Shown: positions 8,943 through 16,763, counted from the stretch's first letter. The stretch: 26,369 bases of DNA from Candidatus Altarchaeum sp. (GCA_018260615.1 JAGWDQ010000088.1:18307-44675); one strand, 5' to 3'. Notes: generated from the sequence alone by a model not told the origin. Made by a program: numbers and translations.

Positions 8943-8962
8943 GGAGATTAAGAAATAATAAA

Positions 8963-9000
8963 TTTTTTTTATTTCTTTTTATTTTTCTTTTTTTAATTTT
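8963..9000 (+). terminator. Oligo-T tract, probable archaeal intrinsic terminator (may overlap the modE promoter)
   Basis: Successive T runs (T8, T5, T5, T7) downstream of the hsp20 unit. Confidence 0.45.
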
Positions 9001-9017
9001 ATTCTTAAATTTAATAT

Positions 9018-9539
9018 ATGGAACCAAAAATAAAAATCCTGCTCAATGACGGGAAAATAAATGAGAAAAGGATTAAAATCCTTAAATTTATTGAGAAATC
9101 CGGCTCGCTGAATAAGGCCTCAAAAGAGCTGGGAATAACCTATAAGCACGCATGGGATGAAATAAAAGACATGGAAAATTGTCTGAATGAAAAACTGCTG
9201 CGGACAATTTCAAAAGGAAGGAAAGGCGGGGGAACAACCCTGACAGAAAAAGCAAAGGAAATTTTAAACGATTATGAAATTTACGAAAAAGGTATAAATT
9301 TAGAAATTTCCGATAAATTTTGGGAGAGTTTAAGCATAATGAGTGCAAGAAATAAAATAAACGGGATAATTGAGGAAATTGAAATTGAAGGCGTTGCCGC
9401 TGAAATAAAGATAAAAGTCAATGAACCGGTTGAAATTGTTGCCTTAATAACAAGAACATCCGCAGAGCGTTTGAAATTAAAGAAAGGAGATGCGGTTTTT
9501 GCAATCATAAAGGCAACGGATGTTATGTTGGGAAAGTGA
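9018..9539 (+). CDS. modE: ModE-family molybdate-responsive regulator (wHTH + TOBE)
   Basis: GSLNKASKELGITYKHAW HTH, GGGTTLT, then SARNKINGII and AIIKATDVML TOBE signature. Confidence 0.85.
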   Translation: MEPKIKILLNDGKINEKRIKILKFIEKSGSLNKASKELGITYKHAWDEIKDMENCLNEKLLRTISKGRKGGGTTLTEKAKEILNDYEIYEKGINLEISDKFWESLSIMSARNKINGIIEEIEIEGVAAEIKIKVNEPVEIVALITRTSAERLKLKKGDAVFAIIKATDVMLGK

Positions 9540-9579
9540 AATTTCTTATGTTTCGGTAAATTTATGGGTCTTGAGTAAA

Positions 9580-11949
9580 TTATTCTGTTGAAATTTTTGT
9601 CATTATATCTAAGGCATCAAATAAATTTACATCTTTGTCATCGTTTAAATCGCCGCAAAAATTTAATTCATATTTTTCTTTATCTCCGCTTAAATATTCC
9701 AGAATTTCAACAGCATCAAAAACATCAATGTTGTTGTCTTTATTTACATCTCCGACTTTGTTGCATGTTAAATTTTCAAATATTGAAATGTAACTCACAC
9801 ACCTATAATCTTGTGGCTCATAAGCAATATCCTTAATCAAATTCAGATATACATTCTTAAATGAAAATTTTGTTTCGTTAAATTTACAATTATTTGCTAA
9901 TCCTTTGTTAAAATAAATAAACACATTTTGGTTTCCTTCCGTTAAATTTTTCTCATAACTTATGGATTCAACTTTGCTTCTGTTACAATGAACATCCCCT
10001 GCAATCGTATAAGTTCCGTTTTTTGTTATGTCAAGTGTTATATTTGTGCCGTATTCGTAAATATCCGAAAATTCTATAAAAGAAGATGACGAGGATTCAA
10101 ATTGCGTATATTTGTAATAAGGCGAACAACATTTTGTACCTTTATTCTGAAAATTACCGTCTTTATAAATTTCAACATTGACATTAAAATATCCATCCTT
10201 TTTACTATTTCTTATTGCCGTTCCGTCAAAATTTAATGTGATCTCGTTAATGCCCTTTATAAGATTGATTGTTTTTGAAGTGCTTGTAATACCTGCTCCC
10301 ACAACATCTATTTTTCCATCAATTCTGTATGTTCCGTTTTCAGATATGTTAACTCTAACGACAATATTAAACGAATCATAAAGCGAATTGTTATTGTTGT
10401 CCGGAGTATAATAACTGGCCATAGTGTTAATAATTGACGCATAAGTTACATTACTTTCAACCTTAAAGTAGAACCTCTTTTCGTTCCTGTTTATACATTT
10501 AATCAAATATAAACCCTTTGTATTTGGCGAGAAATTTAATAAATTTATTCCGCCTGCGATTGTGTTTGAATTATCTACATAAATAACCTTGATGGAAGTA
10601 TTCTCATTTAATGAAGATGAACAGCTTATATTGATTGTATCATTGATATAAAATACAGGCAATGTCCCGTAAATTCCGTAATAGTTTGAATTTATTGTTT
10701 TTCTTGCATTCCCGCTAATGTTGACGGTTAAATTTTCCTTTGTCCAATTTACCTCGTTTTTTTCAAATTTCAGCAAAGGACTTCCCAGCAATACAAATTC
10801 CATAATTGTCCTTAATCTATATGCATCTAATCCGTCATTTTTCATTCTTTCAAACGCATCTATATATGCTTCCCCGGTTGTATTTTTATCCGATGTCATG
10901 AAATATTCTAAAATTTCAGTTATATCTCCAACTCCATAATCGTCCCCGGAGCCGTTATTTAAAAATATCCCCGCACTGCCGTAATTTACCCTGCTTCCCC
11001 CGACATAAGTTATGCTGTCGTTCTTCAATAAGTCCTCTGCAAAACTCTTTGCATTTCCACACCTCCCCGGAACTATTGCAGAATCATAAGCGCCGTTCAT
11101 ACACGCAACAGATACAAATATCGCACTGCTGTTTGTGCCCGGATTTCCATATACACACTCATTAGAAAAACACGCGTAGCATCCGCTTCCATGTCCAAAG
11201 TGAAAAACAACATCATAGTTTTTTAATGCATCTGCTAATTTGGCTGATGTAAAATTTCCGTCCGTTTGAAAAAATTTCGTATAATTTAAATTTAAATTTT
11301 GCAGAGCATGCAGCGCAGAAATTTCGCCCATATATTCATCATCGCCAGAAAAAATTTTTCCCCCGAACAGAGCAATTTTTGAAATCGTTTTATTATAGTT
11401 CTTTATCTTTTCAACCATCGCCGCACCTTCATTCTCATTATTTATGGGAATCCTTCCGACGGTGTGTCTCACAGTTAAATTTTCCTCATCAAATACCGCA
11501 TAAAATAAATCAGCAGGTATCCATGAATTGTACTCATCATTCGGGTCATAATAATATTTGTCAAAATAATAATAACCCGGCGGAATTGCTGTTGCATTAC
11601 CGAACAAAATAACATAAGATGAATTCTGCTGACTTAAAAATTTTCGTATCTTCTTTGCCAGAGTATAGTTAAATTTTCCCATATCTTCAAAATTTTTTAT
11701 CCCTTCCCACGCACACAGTGAATCATCATTATAGCCGATAAAATTTACCTCCAAGTCCGAAAAATTTTCAAAATCGCTGGTTTTATAAATTTCCGCTGGA
11801 ATGGTTTGCTCATAAAAATTGGCAAGCTCGTTTGCCTGCCCGTATAATTCATCGGATGTTATAATTATTACATTTGAAAAATTTTCCCCGTAAACAACAG
11901 GAAAAAGACAAAAGGTGAGCCCAAAAATGAGCAAAATGTTTACATTCAT
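9580..11949 (-). CDS. Secreted peptidase C25 (gingipain-like, clan CD) with C-terminal dockerin-like double EF-hand
   Basis: Signal peptide, VILFGNATAIP, ADLFYA, VGRIP, HFGHGS (His) and VACMNG (Cys). Ends GDVNKDNNIDVFDAVEIL...GDLNDDKDVNLFDALDI. Confidence 0.75.
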   Translation of the reverse strand: MNVNILLIFGLTFCLFPVVYGENFSNVIIITSDELYGQANELANFYEQTIPAEIYKTSDFENFSDLEVNFIGYNDDSLCAWEGIKNFEDMGKFNYTLAKKIRKFLSQQNSSYVILFGNATAIPPGYYYFDKYYYDPNDEYNSWIPADLFYAVFDEENLTVRHTVGRIPINNENEGAAMVEKIKNYNKTISKIALFGGKIFSGDDEYMGEISALHALQNLNLNYTKFFQTDGNFTSAKLADALKNYDVVFHFGHGSGCYACFSNECVYGNPGTNSSAIFVSVACMNGAYDSAIVPGRCGNAKSFAEDLLKNDSITYVGGSRVNYGSAGIFLNNGSGDDYGVGDITEILEYFMTSDKNTTGEAYIDAFERMKNDGLDAYRLRTIMEFVLLGSPLLKFEKNEVNWTKENLTVNISGNARKTINSNYYGIYGTLPVFYINDTINISCSSSLNENTSIKVIYVDNSNTIAGGINLLNFSPNTKGLYLIKCINRNEKRFYFKVESNVTYASIINTMASYYTPDNNNNSLYDSFNIVVRVNISENGTYRIDGKIDVVGAGITSTSKTINLIKGINEITLNFDGTAIRNSKKDGYFNVNVEIYKDGNFQNKGTKCCSPYYKYTQFESSSSSFIEFSDIYEYGTNITLDITKNGTYTIAGDVHCNRSKVESISYEKNLTEGNQNVFIYFNKGLANNCKFNETKFSFKNVYLNLIKDIAYEPQDYRCVSYISIFENLTCNKVGDVNKDNNIDVFDAVEILEYLSGDKEKYELNFCGDLNDDKDVNLFDALDIMTKISTE

Positions 11950-12034
11950 TGTTTTTTATTTTTAGTCCTGTTTCTAATTATATTTCCATAAAAATTAACA
12001 AATTCAAATAAAGTAAAATAAAGTAAAATAAAAA

Positions 12035-12520
12035 ATGTTGCCAATATGTAATATATGTGCAAAGACGAGGGTTTTGTGTGCATCTTGTGAAACAAAGTTA
12101 AAGAATGAGGAAATTTCGGAAATGGATGTGAAAATTGCCGAAATGATGTATGATTTTGGAAAAGGAGAGTTTGGCTTTGAAAAAGCGGTTGATGTAGGTG
12201 ATTTTGTCGTTGTATTGACGCGAAAAGAAGATATAGGTAAAATCATCGGGCCCGGAGGAGACAATTTAAGAAAAATAGAGGAGTCAATCGGAAAACTAAT
12301 AAAAGTTATGGGGGCAAGTTCAGCAGAAGAAATGATATATACTTTAATCTCTCCGGCAAATATTGTATCCACCAGCAAGTTATACAGGGCAGACGGAAGC
12401 ATTATGAGAAAGATTGCCATAAATAAGAATGATGCAGACAAGTTAAAGATGGATATATATTCTATAAAAAAGATTGTTTCAAATTTATTGCATGCCGATG
12501 TTGAGATTATTATCGGGTAA
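12035..12520 (+). CDS. Archaeal NusA-like KH-domain protein with N-terminal Cys-rich zinc motif
   Basis: CNIC...LCASC at the N-terminus, KH signature IGKIIGPGGDNLRKI. Confidence 0.75.
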   Translation: MLPICNICAKTRVLCASCETKLKNEEISEMDVKIAEMMYDFGKGEFGFEKAVDVGDFVVVLTRKEDIGKIIGPGGDNLRKIEESIGKLIKVMGASSAEEMIYTLISPANIVSTSKLYRADGSIMRKIAINKNDADKLKMDIYSIKKIVSNLLHADVEIIIG

Positions 12521-12540
12521 AATTTTGCATACCTTTTCAA

Positions 12541-12579
12541 ATGTTGAAACAAGTAATTATTGTCCGAAACGATTCAAAA
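12541..12579 (+). pseudogene. Truncated copy 1 of the pth2 5' end (MLKQVIIVRNDSK), part of a 23-aa ORF ending at 12612
   Basis: 34/39 nt identical to pth2 12790-12828 by manual alignment. Confidence 0.8.
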
Positions 12580-12581
12580 GA

Positions 12582-12610
12582 ACTTTTTTCTTTTAAAAAA
12601 AGAAAAAAGT
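12582..12610. other. Perfect 13-bp inverted repeat (hairpin)
   Basis: acttttttctttt (12582-12594), aaa loop, aaaagaaaaaagt (12598-12610). Confidence 0.7.
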
Positions 12611-12654
12611 AAACATCAGAATAAATTTTTAGAATATTTGGAATAAATTTTCAA

Positions 12655-12683
12655 ATGTTAAAACAGATAATCGTTGTCCGAAG
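12655..12683 (+). pseudogene. Truncated copy 2 of the pth2 5' end (MLKQIIVVR), abutting CRISPR repeat 1
   Basis: 24/29 nt identical to pth2 12790-12818, with conservative I/V swaps. Confidence 0.8.
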
Positions 12684-12779
12684 GTTTAAATCGCACTATA
12701 TAGTATGGAAACAAATTAGGTAAAGGTAAGTTGGCTGCACAAGTGGCCCAGTTTAAATCGCACTATGTAGTATGAAAAC
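12684..12779 (+). CRISPR. Orphan CRISPR mini-array: two 29-nt repeats and one 38-nt spacer
   Basis: R1 GTTTAAATCGCACTATATAGTATGGAAAC (12684-12712) and R2 GTTTAAATCGCACTATGTAGTATGAAAAC (12751-12779) are 27/29 identical. GTTT...GAAAC ends and internal ACTA/TAGT palindrome are typical of type I-B-like repeats. Spacer is 12713-12750. No cas genes in this window. Confidence 0.85.
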
Positions 12780-12789
12780 ATATATAAAA

Positions 12790-13125
12790 ATGCTGAAACA
12801 GGTAATTATTGTCCGAAGTGATTTAAAACTGAGCAAAGGGAAGTTATCTGCACAGGTGGCACATGCGGCAATATCTGCGGCAGAAATTTCAAAATTTAAA
12901 AAGCAATGGCTCGCAGAAGGACAGAAAAAAGTTGTTGTAAAGTGCGAATGTCTTGATGATTTGCTTGAAATTTATGAAAGAAGCAAGACATTATCCATAG
13001 CGACATCATTAATTCAGGATGCCGGCCTGACAGAAATTCCGCCGGGGACAATTACCTGTGTAGGAATAGGTCCCGATGAAGAACAAAAAATAGATAAAAT
13101 CACTAAAAATTTAAAACTTTTATAG
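12790..13125 (+). CDS. pth2: Peptidyl-tRNA hydrolase Pth2
   Basis: KQVIIVRSDLKLSKGKLSAQVAHA, W..EGQKKVVVK, IQDAGLTEIPPGTITCVGIGP and IDKITKNLKLL motifs. ATG 12790 matches the family start. The track start at 12772 lies inside repeat 2 and is in frame. Confidence 0.96.
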   Translation: MLKQVIIVRSDLKLSKGKLSAQVAHAAISAAEISKFKKQWLAEGQKKVVVKCECLDDLLEIYERSKTLSIATSLIQDAGLTEIPPGTITCVGIGPDEEQKIDKITKNLKLL

Positions 13126-13139
13126 CCATAAATCAGATT

Positions 13140-13652
13140 TTATATCAATTCTGCAAATTTGTTGTTGATCAAAATTTTTGCCAGCGGTTCTGTAATCAGA
13201 ACAACATCATCATCTTTAAACGGGCCATATCTTCGCAAATCATCTCCTACAATTCCCGGGCAGGAATTCAGAAATCGGACCTTTACTTCTAATAGTTTTT
13301 TCTCCTGTTCCTTATCAGTATTGTTTTTTTCCTTTTCAAATAAAAGCTCGCTCTTGTAGGTCTTTATGAGTTCTAAAATTTTATTATATATTTCTTTCTC
13401 TTCTCTGGCCATATTCGGCGGTTCTTTTATGTTCCCTATGCTTGCGCGGAGAGCGTGAATTAAAATTTTTTGCACCCTTTCGGTGTATATGCCATCCCCT
13501 AATTTCCCGAGATAGTCCTTATGCTCTTCGGATGAATTATATATTCTGGTAAAATCTGAATAGAAATTTTCATCTATTTTTTGCAATGTTCCGATATTTT
13601 TTCTGTTTTTTTCCTGTGAATAAATTTCTTCAATATCTGCGTAAGTGAGCAT
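13140..13652 (-). CDS. GINS complex subunit (Gins51/Gins15 type)
   Basis: N-terminal A domain (EK...LQKIDENFY, ER..KI) and C-terminal B domain VRFL...PGIVG.DLRRYGPFK.DDVV......AKILI. Confidence 0.8.
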   Translation of the reverse strand: MLTYADIEEIYSQEKNRKNIGTLQKIDENFYSDFTRIYNSSEEHKDYLGKLGDGIYTERVQKILIHALRASIGNIKEPPNMAREEKEIYNKILELIKTYKSELLFEKEKNNTDKEQEKKLLEVKVRFLNSCPGIVGDDLRRYGPFKDDDVVLITEPLAKILINNKFAELI

Positions 13653-13680
13653 TTTGTGTTATTATTTTATATTTGTGCTG

Positions 13681-14691
13681 CTAAATTTTCTTAAATTTTG
13701 CGGTTTTTAAAAATTTTACAATATTATTCTTATTTGCGTATGCCGCCGTCGGATTTGATATATAATTCGCTGCAACAGCATTTGCGAGGATTAATTTTTC
13801 GTTTTCTTCAAAATTTCCGGTTTCTCCGAATATAAAGCCGGAATTGAATGTATCTCCCGCACCCGTCAATCGCTTAACCCCAACATCAAAGGCGGTTGCT
13901 TTTGCAATTGTTCTGCCATTCTCAATTACCGATGAAAATTTTGCCGTATGATATATTATTTTGGTTTTTCCTTTAAAATTGTCTAATTTGTAATATTTAA
14001 ATTCATCTTCATTCACACTTAAAAAGTCAGTAAAATTTAAAATTTCCTTCATTTCTTCGGCAACATCGCTTACCTTATTTATTTTTGGTGTCGGGTCTCC
14101 GGGGTCAAAGAATGTCCGGATACTGTTGCGTTTTGCGAATTTGAAAATTTCTACTGCGAGTTCGGTTCCTTTTTCGTTTAATGCCCAGTCGGAGATTGCC
14201 ACAATTTCCGAATGTTTGAGCAGTTCAAAATCGTCTTCGGTTAAATTTTTTGTGCCGAAATTTTTTAGTGAGCCGGCATCGCTCAGCATTATGTTTTTGT
14301 CTGCTGTTTCAATTGCACAGGTGGTTGCTAAATTTCCGTCTGTTTTTATGTGCGAAATGTCTAAATTTTTAAGTAAATTTTTTGATTTGAAATTTTTAAG
14401 CAAAGCAAATCCAATTTCATTTGTTTTTGCAATTATTGCCGAACTGATTCCGAGTGATGCAAGAGCAAACGCAGAATTCGTCGCCTTTCCGCCTTCTTTG
14501 AGGGTGTTTTTGGTTTCTAAATGTGTTGATGTGGCTGTATTTAAATTTCCTTCAAATTTTGCGAGTATGTCTATGCAAAAATGGGGCATGAAGACAGTGT
14601 ATTTTTTCCCGTCAAAATTTTTGTTGAAATTTTCTGTTTTTTTGATTAAATTTTCAACCTCAGCACTCATAAGTTTCGTCATTTTAAACAC
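13681..14691 (-). CDS. PfkB/ribokinase-family carbohydrate kinase
   Basis: GGKATNSAFALASLG, FFDPG, LSVNEDE and TGAGDTFNSGF signatures. Confidence 0.9.
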   Translation of the reverse strand: MFKMTKLMSAEVENLIKKTENFNKNFDGKKYTVFMPHFCIDILAKFEGNLNTATSTHLETKNTLKEGGKATNSAFALASLGISSAIIAKTNEIGFALLKNFKSKNLLKNLDISHIKTDGNLATTCAIETADKNIMLSDAGSLKNFGTKNLTEDDFELLKHSEIVAISDWALNEKGTELAVEIFKFAKRNSIRTFFDPGDPTPKINKVSDVAEEMKEILNFTDFLSVNEDEFKYYKLDNFKGKTKIIYHTAKFSSVIENGRTIAKATAFDVGVKRLTGAGDTFNSGFIFGETGNFEENEKLILANAVAANYISNPTAAYANKNNIVKFLKTAKFKKI

Positions 14692-14749
14692 ATTGAAATC
14701 ATTTTCAGATAATTCTGTATCATCACGGGTTGTTAATTAAGGTAAAATA

Positions 14750-15337
14750 TTATGAATTAACTTTAAGCTCAAACTCTAATTCTTTTTTGTAAATTTCAAA
14801 CAAAACATAAGGAATTTTTTGAAATTGAATTTTTTCATTTTTGCAGATATTCGGTATTTTTTCAATTATTTTTTTATCATCCGTAAATGTTTCTTCGGTA
14901 ATCAAAACCGGATTTTTTCCACAGCCCTTTAAAAAGTTGCAATAAGCCGCTAAATATAAGTCAGCAATCTTTTCTTCATAGTCCCTTAGACATTTTTCAA
15001 CTTCATCACCGGAAAAATTTAACATATCAATAATCTCCCGCCTTGTGTATTTGGTGATTAACTCCTGAACTTTTTCAAACAAAAACAATGTGTCCGTACA
15101 TAAATTCCTGATTCTTTTCTTTAAATCATAGGTATATTTATTGTCCGAAATTTCATTATAAACCTTATCCAAAATTATTATTTCTCCTGATTTTATTTTT
15201 TCAATCAGGAAATTTATTAATTTTGAATAGACCTCTGAACTATTGTTTTTATCAAAGATGTAAAATTTGTTAAAATCAAGTATGCTTGAAGTATCCATAA
15301 CAAGAATATCTGTCATTTTAATATATTTCATTATCAA
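14750..15337 (-). CDS. PIN-domain protein, DUF4411-like
   Basis: VMDTSSIL, VYNEI, ADLYLAA, LITEE and KIPNIC motifs. Directly follows an HTH-metallopeptidase gene. Confidence 0.75.
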   Translation of the reverse strand: MIMKYIKMTDILVMDTSSILDFNKFYIFDKNNSSEVYSKLINFLIEKIKSGEIIILDKVYNEISDNKYTYDLKKRIRNLCTDTLFLFEKVQELITKYTRREIIDMLNFSGDEVEKCLRDYEEKIADLYLAAYCNFLKGCGKNPVLITEETFTDDKKIIEKIPNICKNEKIQFQKIPYVLFEIYKKELEFELKVNS

Positions 15338-16577
15338 TATCCTGTTCCGGTTTTATCCCAAGATATTGTCTTAATTGGTTTTCGTCCATATTTCCTTTGA
15401 AAAAATTAATTTTTATGATCTCTTCAAATAATTTAGACCTTATTTCCTTAGGGCCTGCAATAAAAACATCCTTTCCCAACTGCATAGATGATGATTTTTT
15501 CTCTTCTGGTTTTATTTTCTCTTTCTCTCTCGTTTTAATTTTCTCTTTCTCTTCCTTTTTTCTTATATTTTCCGTAATCTCTTCTTTGATTTGGTTATAG
15601 TCACTTTCCGAAATTTTATTTTCTGTTTTTAACCGTGTGTATAATGCAAATTCACTCAGGTGTGTCTTTTTATATAATTCGCCAATCTCAGATTTATAAT
15701 AATTATTTCCTTTGGAAGCATAAATTAAACCGGAAAATTCCCGCTCAAATCCGTTTATTAAAAACGAATATGTGAAATGATTACACCACTTTTCAACATG
15801 AGCTCCGGAATTAGTTATTTCTGTATTTTCGTCTATTTCTTCAATTTTTAATAAGTAATGTGCAAATTCATGTAATAATGTCCAAATTTCCCGCCTGATG
15901 TATTTTTGTTGTCTCTTTAAAACAATGATATGTGGCAACATAAAAAAACCATCAAATTTAATTATTTTTTCGGGTTTCCTGTTCCGGTCTGTGAATTCAA
16001 AAACAAACAGATTAAAATGCTCAAGCACTCTGATCAGGTTTATAAGATAATCTCTGTCCGAATTTGCTTTGCTGATGTACTTTTTATTGAACAGTTGTTT
16101 TTCGGCATCATCAAATTTTTTTCTGAGATCCTTTGCAGCATTTTCGGGATTATCGGATAATTTATAATCTCCAAAAACCATTTTGGGCTTAAAATCAATT
16201 TGCTTGCAGAGAATTTCCAGTTCGGATTTTAATTCTTCGTAATAAGCAATTCTTTTTTTTGATTCTAAATTTAAATAACTGTTAAAAGAATCTTTTCTAA
16301 AAAATATGCTGCTCGTTTTTCTTTCCGGCAGTTCTCTTTTGGATAGCAGCCATGTTAAGCCCGTACCAAAAATCCGGGCAAACTTGTTTAAAAAGGATTT
16401 ATTTACGGACTCCTCCCGATTCAATATTTTATTAAGTTTTTCTAAGGTTAATACATTTCGCTTTCTGTCAGAGTTTAAAAGTTTGATTAAGTCGTTTTTT
16501 GATAATTTATAGAGGTCCAAACTATAATTAAGTCGCGAAGGATTTACAAAAAATTCCGTATGTGTTTTAGGATTCAT
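15318..16577 (-). CDS. ImmA/IrrE-family Zn metallopeptidase with degenerate N-terminal XRE-like HTH
   Basis: FDGF, REIWTLLHEFAHYLL (HExxH) and VEKWCNHF motifs. N-terminal VNPSRL...KFARIFG HTH-like region. Confidence 0.85.
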   Translation of the reverse strand: MNPKTHTEFFVNPSRLNYSLDLYKLSKNDLIKLLNSDRKRNVLTLEKLNKILNREESVNKSFLNKFARIFGTGLTWLLSKRELPERKTSSIFFRKDSFNSYLNLESKKRIAYYEELKSELEILCKQIDFKPKMVFGDYKLSDNPENAAKDLRKKFDDAEKQLFNKKYISKANSDRDYLINLIRVLEHFNLFVFEFTDRNRKPEKIIKFDGFFMLPHIIVLKRQQKYIRREIWTLLHEFAHYLLKIEEIDENTEITNSGAHVEKWCNHFTYSFLINGFEREFSGLIYASKGNNYYKSEIGELYKKTHLSEFALYTRLKTENKISESDYNQIKEEITENIRKKEEKEKIKTREKEKIKPEEKKSSSMQLGKDVFIAGPKEIRSKLFEEIIKINFFKGNMDENQLRQYLGIKPEQDIDNEIY

Positions 16578-16662
16578 TTTACTTATTTTATTAATTATTT
16601 TTCTTTAGCATATCTTTTTAATATTTTGACAGGATATGAAATTTCAGAAATTTTTGGAGTCA

Positions 16663-16704
16663 TTTTTAAACTTGTTTAAAAATCTCCGAACTTTAGTGAG
16701 GTGA
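16663..16704 (+). repeat. REP-like motif copy with hairpin
   Basis: Stem tttttaaac-tt-gtttaaaaa (16663-16682) overlapping aaatctccgaactttagtgaggtga (16680-16704). Confidence 0.7.
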
Positions 16705-16763
16705 AAAAGTTTCTTTTACCTGTAAATTTTGTATCTTTGAATACTTACAAATAAATAAATTTA

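Noticed and set aside
12004-12552. 182-aa minus-strand ORF in the track
   Set aside because: Antisense shadow of the NusA-like gene with no recognisable motifs.
12617-12645. A possible third, degenerate CRISPR repeat one spacer-length upstream of repeat 1 (ends tggaata)
   Set aside because: Only 11/29 positions match repeat 1, which is not above chance in such AT-rich DNA.
12541-12863. Diversity-generating retroelement (template and variable repeats) explanation for the pth2 copies
   Set aside because: Mismatches are not restricted to adenines of one copy, the segments are short, and there is no reverse transcriptase in the window.
14126-14740. 204-aa plus-strand ORF in the track
   Set aside because: Antisense shadow of the PfkB kinase.
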